DNA of 52,211 bases from contig NC_057740.1 in the NCBI RefSeq assembly GCF_004010195.1, positions 41,422,718-41,474,928 of the forward strand, in the 5' to 3' direction. Of this stretch, positions 25,294-37,670 are shown piece after piece. The first letter of the stretch is position 1. Each line of letters begins with the position of its first letter. Position numbers and translations under genes: made by a program. Source of the stretch: Chiloscyllium plagiosum. Taxonomy: Eukaryota. The notes under the pieces are model-generated. The model was not told the origin of the DNA, searched no databases, and saw only the letters and a list, made by a program, of their open reading frames with translations.

Positions 25294-25377
25294 CTACGGT
25301 TCATCTTCGAGCAGTTTCACCGAGCTCCCTGATCCTGCTTGCTGTTTGTCCAATGCGAGAGCTGCATCGTCCTGCTC
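25294..25377 (-). CDS. MPV17L2: Probable MPV17L2 terminal coding exon (EQDDAALALDKQQAGSGSSVKLLEDEP*)
   Basis: Strong acceptor tttttttttgtttcttgcccgttttgtctttcag|; phase 0 reads 27 codons to TAG, giving a 213-aa protein. The tail is not a conserved region, so the assignment rests on splice signal and phase. Confidence 0.62.
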   Translation of the reverse strand, partial: EQDDAALALDKQQAGSGSSVKLLEDEP

Positions 25378-27539
25378 CTGAAAGACAAAACGGGCAAGAA
25401 ACAAAAAAAAAAGCCACTTGCATTTATATAGCACCTACAGACTGAAACATACTTTGCGGACACCAACATGTTTTGCTCAGAGAGTGGTCACTGGCACAAT
25501 GCAGCAATGTGTACAAAATATGTTCCCACAAACAACAACGAGATTATGGTCCTTTAGCAACACTGGTTGATGGAGACGTATTGATCAGTATTGATATTGA
25601 TCAATGTTGATCAGGACAGAAGGAAGAGGTTCCTGCTCCATTTTGATGGAGTGCAGTTGGACCAGTCACATCCAGCTGAGACAGCAGATGGACTTCAGTT
25701 TAACATCTCATCTAAAAGATGGTATCTCTGACAGGGCTGCACCCCCTGGGTACTGTACTTGGCATCAGGCCTGGATTCGATGCTCAATGTCACGTGTTAT
25801 CGCACAAGCTCTGGCTCCAGGGGAGATACGGACCTCAATGGCGAGACAAAGCTGAGATTGTGTCAAACCTTTCACAGGGACTCCTGGAAGCCGGCGTCTC
25901 TGGGAGGCACACGGTACACCATTACCAGCTGGGATGGTGCTACAGGGCACTGGGGTTAGCCAGCTGCTGTGGTGCCACCTCTGCAGTCCCCACACCTTCG
26001 GAAGTAAACTTAAGGAAATGCACCTTTCCAGAGGCAGCTAATAAAAAGATTCCACCGGGAATAGTGTGGAAATTCACCAACTGGGCCTCAAACCACCACC
26101 CCCACCCTTGAACTAAACTGAATAAATTGCTCACCACCAGTAATGGGATCTTGCTGTGCATCATGACAAATGGGTATCACATTTAGTGGAATGTTCTCGA
26201 CTGCACACAAAACATAAGTGGGCCGTTCAGCCCATCCATTGCATGCTGGTTCCACAACAGCCACCTCCTAGACCCTCTCTCCATGATCTCCTTCCATTCC
26301 CCTCTCCCTCAGGCAGTTGGTCTTGTTTCCTCTTAAGATGTATCGATACTCAATCGCTCCCTGAGAAGCGAGTTCTACATGCTCCCCATTCCCCGATTAA
26401 AACAGTTTCTCCTGAGTGAATTCCTGTATGTGTGCATGGCGGTCTTAATATCATGACCCCATCATTTGGAACTTTTGTGCAGGTGAGCCCAATACCAGCT
26501 AACAATTAGCAAAAACAATGTTATTACTAATTGTCTTCAAACACACACAGGCATTCATACCCTGAAAGTTTGCAATACTCCTTCTCACTTCCTGTTTTTC
26601 CAATCAAATGGCTGGCATCTTTTCCCAAGGGGGGTGGATTTCAAGACTAGGGGGCATATGTTTAAGGTGAGAGGAGAGAGATTTAAAAAGGATATGAAAG
26701 GTAACTTTTATTTCAAAACACAGAGTGGTTCGTGTTTGGAATGAACTTCCAGAGGAAGTGGTGGATCCGGGTACAGTTACAATATTTAAAAAGTCTAAGA
26801 AAGGTTTGGAGGGATATGGGCCAAACGCAGGCTGGTGGGACTCGTTTAGTTTGGGATTATGGTCAGCACGGACTGGTAGGACCAAAGGGTCTGTTTCCAA
26901 GCTGTATGGCTCTAAACATCACAGCCTTCTGGCTTTCACAACTTTATTTGCATTTACAAAATATTTTCAAACACATCCCCAAAGGTACTGTGTCACTCTC
27001 AGAAGGGTCGGCACTGTGTGAACACAGTTAGTAAGATAATTGGCAAATAAAAAAACATTTTTTTGGTGGGGGAGGGGGGGGGCGGGTGGAGTAAGACGAT
27101 CGTAGTTTCTGTTTCTGCAATCAGATGTTGTGACCTGGAATCCCATAACTGAAAGGACAGTGTGTCAATACAGGAAGTAATTAAGGTTCAAAGGGGAATG
27201 GGATCTCAACTAAAGGAAACTACCAAGGTATGAGGGGGGTTAAATAAAACAAAGAACTGCAGGTGCTGGAGGTCTGAAATACACACAAAAACAAAACTGC
27301 TGCAGACATTCAGAGTCTGACAGCATCTGTGGAGAGAAAACAAGAATTTACATTTCGAAGGCAGTGACCATTCTACAGAACAGCTCTCTCCATGCAGCTA
27401 CCCCTGCTGAGTTTCCCCAGCAATTTCTTGTGTGTTTAAGGTTGAGGGCTGAGACAGGCTGGGCAACTCCATTAAATACAATGGCAGTGGGTAGGTCATG
27501 ATTAATATTTAAAGAACAAATGCATGCTTTGCAGCAGTT

Positions 27540-30165
27540 AGACATACTTTCTCGGTTAAAGGTCAGACCAGAAAAGGTGGCCCCTAACCATGGCTATCAC
27601 AACAAATGAAGGATAAAGTTAGGCTCAAAGAGGGGATCATACAAAGTTGCTGGAAAAAATAGCAAGCCTGAGGAACGGCAGAGTTTAGAATTCAGCAAAG
27701 GAAGGTAAAGAGATTGATTAAAAGGGAAAAATGAATTCAGAGTGTGAACTTCGAAGAAAGACAAGAACAGACTACAAGGCCTCAAGTAAAATAAACAAAT
27801 TCGTGTTCATCAAATGTGTAAAAACTGAAGAATTGATCATGGAAAAGAACTAAATAATTACTTTAGCTTGGTCTCCACAGAAGAAAGCAAATAATTTCAT
27901 GAAATGCTAGGAAAGCAAAGGCCTATTAGGGAGGATAATTTGAAGGAAATTATCAGTTAAAAAAATAGTGATGGAGAAATCACTGGGCCTGAAAGTTGAG
28001 AAATTCCCAAGGCCCGCTAATCTACGAGCCAGAGTAGGAAGGAATAGCAACAGAAACTTGGATCCATTGGTTGGCATCTTCCAAAACTCTCTAGTTTTTC
28101 TGGAACAGCTCCATGAGATTGGAGGTTGCAGATGTAATGCCAGTATTTAAAAGGAGGGATGGAGAAAATCAGTTAACCTAACAGAAAACCGCTGGACCAT
28201 AGGTCATTGTAGCAGACATAGGCCATTCAGCCCATCCAGGCTGCTCTGCCATCTAGTGAGATCATGGCTCATCTGATAACGCTCAACTCCACTTTCTTGT
28301 GTTTTCCCCATCCTGATTAAAAGTCTGTCTTAGCCTTGAATATACCTATTGATCCAACCTTAACAGCCCTCTGTGGTAAAGAATTCCACAGATTCACTTC
28401 CCCACGAGTATTGTAAAGAATTTGAAAACAGAATGTTTAGAACATACCAACAGGATGACACAAAGTCAACACGGATTTCCAAAATTTTTTTGTTTTGAGG
28501 ACATAGCTAGATGAGGGAAAACAGTGCACATGGTGTATTTAGATTTTCAGAAAGCTTTTGACAAAGTCCCATATCTGGGGTTACTGAAAGAAATTAAAGC
28601 ACATGGGACTGAGGGTAATATCATGGAATTGGTTAGCAGAGAGGAATTAATGGGTCATTTTGAGAATGGAAGACCATGAGGAATGGGGCACGACAGAGAT
28701 CAGTGCTTGGGACCCCAGCTGTTCATACTTAAAATCTTAGAATCCCTATAATGTGGAAACAGGCCCTTCAGCCCAACAAGTTCACACTGACCCTCCAAAC
28801 CCATTCCTCATTACTCTACATTTGCCCCTGACCACTGCACCTAACCTGCACCATCCCTGAACACTGTGGGCAATTTAGCATGGCCAATTCACCTAACCTG
28901 CACAGCTTTGGACTGTGGGAGGAAACCGGAACACCCAGTGGAAATGTATCTGAACAATTTGGGCAAGGGAATCAAATGTAATATTTCCAAGACTACACAA
29001 AACCAGGTGGGGCCAAGAGAGGTAAAGAAGCTTCAAAGAGTCTTCAGGTCAATTTAGACAAGTAGAAAGAGTGAGCAAATGTGTGGTAGATGCAGCATAA
29101 TGTTGATAAATATGAAGTTGTCCACTTTGGTAGGAAAAGCAGAATGGGAGAAATGTGCCTAAATAGTCAAAGTCAGACGACACCAGGTTATAGCCCAACA
29201 GGTTTATTGGAAATCATAAGCTTTCGGAGCGCTGCTCCTTCGTCCAGTGGATTCTAACCTGGTGCTGTGAGACTCTTGACTTTGTCCAGCCCAGTCCAAC
29301 ACTGGCATCTCCACAGCATGGCTAATACAGCACAGAAACAGACCCTTTGGTCTGACAGTCCATGCCAAAGATAATCCCAAACTAAACTATTCCCATCTGC
29401 CTGCTCCTGGCCCATATCCCACCAAACCTTTCCAATTCAGGACAGATTAGGAAAGCGCTGATTTACAAATGGACCCGATTGCTTTCAGTGACTGGTTTAC
29501 AAGGACAAAGATGTAGGTGTAGCACAATGTCAGGAAGGCAAAATGGAATGGTGGCCTTCACTGAAGGAGGATTGAGCACAGGAGCGAGGATGTCTAACTG
29601 GAGCTGTAAGGGGTCCTGGAGTATTGTGTGCAGTTTGATTAGATTAGATTACATTACAGTGTGGAAACAGGCCCTTCGGCCCAACAAGTCCACACCGACC
29701 CGCCGAAGCGTAACCCACCCATACCCCTACATTGACCCCTTACCTAACACTATGGGCAATTTAGCATGGCCAATTCACCTGAGCTGCACATCTTTGGACT
29801 GTGGGAGAAAACCGGAGCACCCGGAGGAAACCCACGCAGACACGGGGAGAACGTGCAAACTCCACACAGTCAGTCGCCTGGGGCGGGAATTGAACCCGGT
29901 CTCTGGCGCTGTGAGGCAGCAGTGCTAACCACTGTGCCACCGTGCTGCCCTCAACTGCTGTATCTCCTTAATCAAGGAAAGATATATTTTCCACAAAGGA
30001 AATGCAGTGAAGATTCACCAGACTATTCCTGGAATGGTAGAATTGTCATAGAAGGGTCCACTTGGCCTGTGGTCATTGGAGTTTAGAAAAATGAGAGGGA
30101 TCTCATTGAAGCATGAAATTCTGACAGAGCTGGACAGACTGGATGCAGGGTGTATATTTCTCCTG
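27540..30165 (+). mobile_element. Old CR1 LINE remnant fragmented by several nested SINE and Penelope-derived inserts
   Basis: Scattered CR1 ORF2 motifs, e.g. gtgtatttagattttcagaaagcttttgacaaagtccca (VYLDFQKAFDKVP) near 28530. Confidence 0.7.
29637..29950 (-). mobile_element. HE1-like V-SINE, full length
   Basis: Very similar to the 18851-19176 copy. Confidence 0.88.
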
Positions 30166-31091
30166 GGACAAAGTGAGGACTGCAGATGCTGGAGATCAGA
30201 GTTGAAGAATGTCATGCTGGAAAAGCTAGGCTGGTCAGGCAGCATCCGAGGAGCAGGAGAGGTCGACGTTTCAAACATAAGCTCTTTAATAGGAATGGGG
30301 GGTGTGTGGCCAAGGGGACGGAGAGATAAATGGGAGGAGGGTGGGGCTGGAAGAAAGATAGCTGGGAATGCGATAGGCAGATGAAGATTGGGGGTAATTG
30401 TGATAGGTTGGACTGGAGGGTGGAGCGGATAGGTGGGAAGGTAGATGAACAGGTAGGACAATTCAACAGGGCGGTGTCGAGTTGGAGGTTTGGATCTGGG
30501 ATGAGATGGAGGGGAGGGGAGATCAGGAGACTGGTGAAATTGAAATTGATCCCATGTAGTTGGAAGATCCCAAGGTGGAAGATGAGACGTTCTTCCTCCA
30601 GGCGTCGGGTGGTAGGGGAGGGGCGATAGGGGAGGCCCAGGCCCTTAGCGGAGTGGGAGGGGGAGTTAAGTGTTCAGTCACAGGGCGGTGGGGTTGGTTA
30701 GTGTGTGTCCCCCAGAGATGTTCCCTGAAACATTCCGCAAGTTGGCGTCCTGTCTTCCCAGTGTAGAGGAGACCACATTGAGAGCAAAGGACACAGCAGA
30801 TGAGGTGTTTGGATATGCAGGAAAATCTCTGTCAGATGTGGAAGGATCCTTTGGGGCCTTGGATAGAGGTGGGTGTACCTTTTACCCCTCTCTACACTTC
30901 TCAAGGGAAGGTGGTGGGAGGGGAGGGGAGGGTGGGTTGGTGAGGGGCATGGATCTAATCAGGTAGTCACGGAGGGAATGGTCTCTGCGGAATGCGGATA
31001 GGTGGTGGGGCCTGACCGTAGGTGGCAGAATTGGAAGAGGAAGATGTATTGTATCTGGAGATTGGTGGGGTGGAAGGTGAGGACTGGAGGG
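30166..31091 (-). mobile_element. Degraded Penelope-like element (RT C-terminus, GIY-YIG, 3' terminus), running into the gap
   Basis: Frameshifted minus-strand peptides PPVLTFHPTNLQIQ and C..CGLLY.G.T.RQLAE.FREHL; shares the 3' terminal segment seen in the short inserts. Confidence 0.8.
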
Positions 31092-32023
31092 NNNNNNNNN
31101 NNNNNNNNNNNNNNNNNNNNNNNNNNNNNNNNNNNNNNNNNNNNNNNNNNNNNNNNNNNNNNNNNNNNNNNNNNNNNNNNNNNNNNNNNNNNNNNNNNNN
31201 NNNNNNNNNNNNNNNNNNNNNNNNNNNNNNNNNNNNNNNNNNNNNNNNNNNNNNNNNNNNNNNNNNNNNNNNNNNNNNNNNNNNNNNNNNNNNNNNNNNN
31301 NNNNNNNNNNNNNNNNNNNNNNNNNNNNNNNNNNNNNNNNNNNNNNNNNNNNNNNNNNNNNNNNNNNNNNNNNNNNNNNNNNNNNNNNNNNNNNNNNNNN
31401 NNNNNNNNNNNNNNNNNNNNNNNNNNNNNNNNNNNNNNNNNNNNNNNNNNNNNNNNNNNNNNNNNNNNNNNNNNNNNNNNNNNNNNNNNNNNNNNNNNNN
31501 NNNNNNNNNNNNNNNNNNNNNNNNNNNNNNNNNNNNNNNNNNNNNNNNNNNNNNNNNNNNNNNNNNNNNNNNNNNNNNNNNNNNNNNNNNNNNNNNNNNN
31601 NNNNNNNNNNNNNNNNNNNNNNNNNNNNNNNNNNNNNNNNNNNNNNNNNNNNNNNNNNNNNNNNNNNNNNNNNNNNNNNNNNNNNNNNNNNNNNNNNNNN
31701 NNNNNNNNNNNNNNNNNNNNNNNNNNNNNNNNNNNNNNNNNNNNNNNNNNNNNNNNNNNNNNNNNNNNNNNNNNNNNNNNNNNNNNNNNNNNNNNNNNNN
31801 NNNNNNNNNNNNNNNNNNNNNNNNNNNNNNNNNNNNNNNNNNNNNNNNNNNNNNNNNNNNNNNNNNNNNNNNNNNNNNNNNNNNNNNNNNNNNNNNNNNN
31901 NNNNNNNNNNNNNNNNNNNNNNNNNNNNNNNNNNNNNNNNNNNNNNNNNNNNNNNNNNNNNNNNNNNNNNNNNNNNNNNNNNNNNNNNNNNNNNNNNNNN
32001 NNNNNNNNNNNNNNNNNNNNNNN
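31092..32023. other. Assembly gap
   Basis: Run of N. Confidence 1.
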
Positions 32024-33094
32024 CCCCCCCACCCCCGGGGGTTCCACATGCCCGGGAGGTGTGTCATAACAGGCCCAGAGAGATTGATTAAAAAATTATT
32101 TATAACAGGCCCTCAGCTGGAACTGGGGCAGAGACCTGTTGTGCTGTTATAGTCTATAAACTCTCCACTCAAAGGAAGTCCACATCTTTTCGGTTTCTTT
32201 TGATAGAATTTTTTAACATGGTGGAACCAAACTGAACAGTAACTTTGAATTAAAACCTGGATAGATACTTAAAAAGGGTGACACTAACGGCGCAGCAGTG
32301 GGGAATGAGCAACGGGGTGAGGGAGAGGACATAATTAATTGTATCTTTCTTTACAGGCACAATGCTGGGAGATTCTGTGAAAAGGAGACAACTAAAGTCA
32401 GTCTAACTTTCTCTCCCCAGACAGTAATTAAAATACAGAACAGGAAATCTCGCAGTCACCTTCCCCTGTCCCTGAAAAAACAATGTCCTGCCTCCACACT
32501 AACGCTTCCTGATTTTGTAGCAGTTACAATTCTCACCCTGGAGTTTGAGTTTAATTGCAGTGTCTCCTCAATTCTACCCTCCCATTCAGCTAATAGGCTC
32601 GGCACAAAACCAAAGTTCACAATACAAATCTGATTCAATACTAATTATAAATCATAATACCAATGGTGTTGTACAGTAAATATTACAACACTGTTGTAGC
32701 AGGCAATGCTCAGCTGGTAGGCCTGGAAAGCACAGAGGGAAGTCTTCCCCCCATATCCAACCCCATGTTTGATGGGGACAGTCTAGAGGGAGCTTTACTC
32801 TGTATCTAACTCTGTGTTCTCCCTGTCCTGGGAGTGTTTGATGTGGAGAGGGGGGGAATTGTAGAGATAGCTTTACTTTCAGTGCAAAATTGTGGACAAA
32901 ACTTTGCTTTCAGTTTAAGAGTAGGTGGAGCTTCACTCTGTATATAACTGCATGCGACCCCTGTCCTGGGAATATTTGAATGGGACAGGGTAGAGGTAGC
33001 TTTACTCTGTGTCTAACTCTGCTGCCCCTGTCCTGGGAATGTTTGAAGAAGACTGTGTTTTAAATAAAAAGTGTTACTTCAGTTTAAAAGATTA

Positions 33095-34620
33095 GAGTTA
33101 CAGAGGTGTTCGGCACAGAAACAGACCCTTCGGTCCAACTCGTCCATGCCAACCAGATATCCTAAACTAATCTAGTCCTATCTGCCAGCATCCAGCCCAT
33201 ATCTCTCCAAATCCTTCCAATTCATATACCCATCCAGATACGATTTGAATGCTGCAATTATACCAGCCTCCACCACTTCCTCTGGCAGCTCATTCCATAC
33301 ACGTACCACCCTCTGTGTGAAAACATTGCCCCTTAGGTCTCTTTTATATCTTTCCTCTCACCCTAAACCTACGCCCTTTAGTCTGGTCTCCCCGATCCCA
33401 GGGAAATGACTTTGTCTATTTATCCTATCCATGCCCCTCATGATTTTATAAACCTCTATAAGGTCACTCCTCAGCCTCCGACACTCCAGGGAAAACAGCC
33501 CCAGCTTGTTCAGCCTCTCCCCGTAGCTCAAATCCTCCAACCTTGGCAGCATCCTTGGAAATCATTTCTGAACCCTTTCAAGTTTCACATCTTTCCGATA
33601 GGAAGGAGACCAGAATTGCACTCAATACTCGAAAAGTGGCCTAACCAACATCATGTACAATCGCAACATGACCTCCCAACTCCTGTACTCAATAGTCTGA
33701 CCAATAAAGGAAAGTATAACCCACGCCTCCTTTACTATCCAATCTACCTGCGACTCTACTTTCAAGGAGCTATGAATCTGCACTCCAAGGTCTCTTTGTT
33801 CAGCAACACTCCCTAGGACCTTACCATTAAGTGTATGAGTCCTGCTAAGATTTGCTTTCCCCAAATGCAACACCCCACATTTATTTAAATTAAACTCCAT
33901 CTGCCCATTGGCTTATCTGATCAAGATCCTGTTGTAATTTGTCCACTACACCTCCAATTTTAGTGCCATCTGCAAACTTACTAACTATACCTCTTATGTT
34001 CACATCCAAATCATTTATATAAAATGATGAAAAGTAGTGGACCCAGCACCGATCCTTGTGGCACTCCACTAGTCACAGGCATCCAGTCTGAAAAACAACC
34101 CTCTACCACCACCCTCTGTCTTCTACCTTTGAGCCAATTCTGTATCCAAATGGCTAGTTCTCCCTGTATTCCGTGAGATCTAACCTTGCTAATCAGTCTC
34201 CCATGGGGAACTTTGTCAAACATCTTACTGAAGTCTATATAGATCACGTCCACTGTTCTGTCCTCATCAATCCTCTTTGTTACTTCTTCAAAAACTCAAT
34301 CAAGTTTGTGAGACATGATTTCCCACTCACAAAGCCATGTTGACTATCCCTAATCAGTCCTTGCCTTTACAAATACATGTACATCCTGTCCCTCAGGATT
34401 CCCTCCAACAACTTGCCCACCACTGACGTCAGGCTCACTGGTCTATAGTTCCCTGGTTTGTCCTTACCACCTTTCTTAAACAGTGTCACCATGTCAGTCA
34501 ACCTCCAGTCTTCCAGCACCTCACCTGTGACTATCGACGATACAAGTATCTCAGCAAGGGTCCAGCAATAACTTCCCTAGCTCCTCACAGAGTTCTAGGG
34601 TACACCTGATTAGGTCCTTA
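33095..34620 (-). mobile_element. CR1/HER1-like LINE RT region to 3' tail (MPV17L2 intron)
   Basis: DVIYIDFSKMFDKVPHGRL...[16 protein letters not shown] and MEFNLNKCGVLHLG; frameshifted. Confidence 0.92.
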
Positions 34621-34792
34621 AAGAGAGCTTTTCTTCTAGTTCAAGCATGTAGAGGGAGCTTTACTCTCAGTTGAAAGGAGTTGAGAAAGGTTCACTTTCC
34701 GTTTAAGGAGTAGAGGGAGCTTAATTTGGTATCTGACCTCACATAGGGTGTAATTGAAGGAGGACGAGGTGGAGCAGTATTCAGGTCAAACA

Positions 34793-35099
34793 GTGGGCTC
34801 AGTGGTTAGCACTGCTGCCTCACAGCACCACAGTCCCAGGTTCAATTCCAGCCTCGGGCAACTGTCTATGTGAAGATTGCACATTCTCCCCGTGTCTGCA
34901 TGGGTTTCCTCCAGGTGCTCCGGTTTCCTCCCACAATCCAAAAATGTGCAGGTTAGGTGAATTGGCCACGTTAAATTGCCCATAGTGTTAGTGAAGGGAT
35001 AAATGTTGGGGAATGGGTCTGGGTGGGTTGCTCTTCAGAGGGTCGGTGTGGACTTGTTGGGCTGAACAGCCTGTTTCCACACTGTAAGTAATCTAATCA
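34793..35099 (+). mobile_element. HE1-like V-SINE ending about 40 bp from the exon 4 donor
   Basis: Head, V-domain and taatctaatc tail. Confidence 0.87.
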
Positions 35100-35140
35100 A
35101 ATCCATCACCAGACTTTAGCTCCGCGCAGTAAGTACCTAC

Positions 35141-35269
35141 CTGATGTTTAAGGTAGGAGAGGAAAGTATCCCAGCCGACTGTCACTATATTCACGTAGAG
35201 GACACGGTATTTTGGAGAAAGGAAGTAGAAGTTGATCATTTGGGCTCCAGGCCACAACATCAAATCCGC
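35141..35269 (-). CDS. MPV17L2: MPV17L2 coding exon 4 ([43 protein letters not shown])
   Basis: Read manually. Mpv17/PMP22 core WP..Q..NF...P..RV.Y.N....W..LS; acceptor cttctttccag|, donor CAG|gtaggt; 129 nt, phase 0 to 0. Confidence 0.95.
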
Positions 35270-35514
35270 CTGGAAAGAAGACGACGGATTAAAATATCAG
35301 AGGTCCTTGACGATTCCAAAAACCTCAACCCCACTTCAGACAGACAGGTTAGTCTCAGCATTGCCATGAGACAGTTTGAAATTTACAAAGTGACTTTCAT
35401 CCCCTTTGAACATCCAAGTTTGACCATAGTTCAAAAGCCCTTCACTGAATTTGGAAGATGTTGGGGTGATGAAAGGTGAATTCTGTTTCTGGAACATAGG
35501 TCCAAGAAAGAAAT

Positions 35515-36350
35515 TAAACCTGCATTTATATAGCAGCCTATGATCCCAGAACTGCTTCACAACCAAATAAGTATTTCATTGATTTACAGTCACTGTTGTA
35601 AAGTAGGGAGCCTTCCTCAAGTTGAGAGAACAGTCTAGTGGTAATCCAGGATACAGGTTAATATTCTGGGCACATGGGTTCAAATCCCACCACCTAGTGA
35701 GGTTTACATTTAATTGATAAAATAAATCTGGAACTGAAAGCTATTCTCAGCCACGGTGACTGATTGCTGTAAAAACCCATCGGGTTCACTAATCAGTTTT
35801 AGGGAAGGAAATCAGTCATCTTTAACTGGTCTGACCTACATCTGACGCCAGACCCACTGTGATCCGGTCGACTCTTAACTATCCTCTGAAGAGACCACTC
35901 CGTTCAAGGGCAAATAGGTTTGGGAAAACAAATGCTGGCCTTGCTGGTGATGTCAAAATTACATCAAAAGAATAAAAAAAAACAAAGTAACCAATCTGGA
36001 CAAATTTTAGAATTAACTAATTAGTCACATGACCAGGTTACTCTTATATTGACTGACGGATAAACATTGGTCAGCACATCAAAGAGACACTCTGCTGCTC
36101 TTTATTTGAAAAATAACACAATACATCTTTTACATCCAGCTGAAAGAGCAGACAGAGTCTTGATTTAACGTCTCACCTGAACGACAGCATCTACAACAGA
36201 GCAGCACTCCTTCAGCTCTGCACGAGTCTGTCAGCCTCGAGTGAGAGAGTCAGACAGCACAGAAGGAAGACTCTTCAGCCCAACCAGCTGGGGATCTGGA
36301 TTAGGACTTGAGCTCACAACTTCGAGACTCAAAACTAGTGTGCGACCACC
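35515..36350 (-). mobile_element. Old Deu-type (SacSINE1-like) SINE with a nested insert; relatives at about 1050-1250, 3770-4020, 4693-4960, 13820-14060, 25415-25790, 44260-44600
   Basis: Shared strings ttgcatttatatagca, cagcaagatcccacaaa and tttaacgtctcacctgaa; family name from recall. Confidence 0.55.
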
Positions 36351-36561
36351 TGAGGTACTGCAGAAGTGGCATTAAGCAATGCAGATCAGGATTTGTCATT
36401 TTCCCAGTGTCATTTATAATATGAACATTTTAAACAAGGTTTGTGTTGCTTATTGGACTGATGTACAGTTCCTGCCAAAAAGGTCCACAGTTATAAAGGA
36501 CAAAATCATGATAAATCATCCAAAATCAATTCATCAAAGAACCAGAATTTCAATATTTTAC

Positions 36562-36638
36562 CATATAAAATTTCCAGAATTTCCTCTTGAATTCCATCAG
36601 GCATTCGATTGGATGATGGCCTTCTAACATCCCCATTC
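36562..36638 (-). CDS. MPV17L2: MPV17L2 coding exon 3 (GMGMLEGHHPIECLMEFKRKFWKFYM)
   Basis: Not in the ORF track; read manually. Acceptor gttttgacag|, donor ATG|gtaaaa; 77 nt, phase 1 to 0; LEG...E...KFW.FY motif. Confidence 0.93.
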
Positions 36639-37162
36639 CTGTCAAAACATATCACCACATCTTCAATTCAACATTCATCTCAAGAGATTTTAACATGCTA
36701 TTGAAATCTGAATGTTCCTCTATCCTATCGGACCCAGGCTGTGGGATCCCTCCATTAATTACTCTCTAAATTAGGAGAACTCACCTCAAACCCAGTGGAC
36801 ACACAGCTGCAAGTAAATATCAACCCTCTGTACAAATACAGACACTGGCTCAGCATGAGGGAATCAATATCATAACACGGGTCAATAGTGCAGGGAAATA
36901 CCTCGGCCCTAATGCAGTCCAGAGATTGATCAGTAAACACAATAGCATTGGAATCTGACCACTGGTGAAAAAAACTTCCCATTGTGGAGGGAAATGGCTA
37001 ATTCAAACATCTGTCCATCGTTGTGGGATTGCCGTGTCATGCCCAAACAGCAGGAGATGTTTCAACCCAGAATTAATGAACTGGGTTTTCAGAACTGGTC
37101 TCTCTGTGGAGAAAAACTGCATTGTTTCAATCACCATACTCAGCTAGGCTCAGTGTGAAATA

Positions 37163-37354
37163 CAGTCAGTTCTGCTATAGCATTTGTTTCTTCAGCGTGA
37201 ATTGGTATAAAAGCAATTGAAGAACTTTCCTTACCCGTACTGGCTATAACGTGGTTCTGACCCCATCAGTTTAAATGGGGCAGCGATTGTGCAATTTCCT
37301 TATAGCGCGAGATGGCATGAGAATGGAACCATCACGTTATATCAGAACAGACTG
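37163..37354. mobile_element. Tc1/mariner (pogo/Tigger-like) MITE
   Basis: TA-cagtcagttctgctatagc ... gttatatcagaacagactg-TA: imperfect terminal inverted repeats with TA duplication; no ORF. Confidence 0.75.
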
Positions 37355-37407
37355 TACATCAAGGACAATTAGCTCTCAGACATCCTGAGCAACAGACAAA
37401 TGTTTGC

Positions 37408-37670
37408 TTGGCTCAGTGGTTGGCATTGCTGCCTCACAGCAACAGGGACCCAGGTTCAATTCCAGCCTTGGACAACTGTCCGTGTGGAGTTTGCACATTC
37501 TTCCCGTGTCTGTGTGGGTTTCCTCCCACAGTCCAAAAATGTACAAATTAGGTGGATTAGCCGTGGAATGGGAAATGCAGGATTACAGGGATAGGGTGGG
37601 ATGCTCTTTGGAGGGTCAGTGCAGACTTTATGGGCCAAATGGCCTCTAACCGCACTTATCAGGATTTTAT
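37408..37670 (+). mobile_element. V-SINE (further copies at about 14066-14258, 18543-18650, 28738-28940, 45993-46260)
   Basis: Head and V-domain. Confidence 0.78.

Noticed and set aside
30959-32152. Long ORFs of 355-376 aa in the track
   Set aside because: They span the N gap and are artefacts. The same applies to 46599-47379.
35144-35479. Plus-strand 111-aa ORF
   Set aside because: Antisense shadow of MPV17L2 exon 4; likewise 48368-48838 and 48842-49435 are shadows of the PLVAP-like exon.
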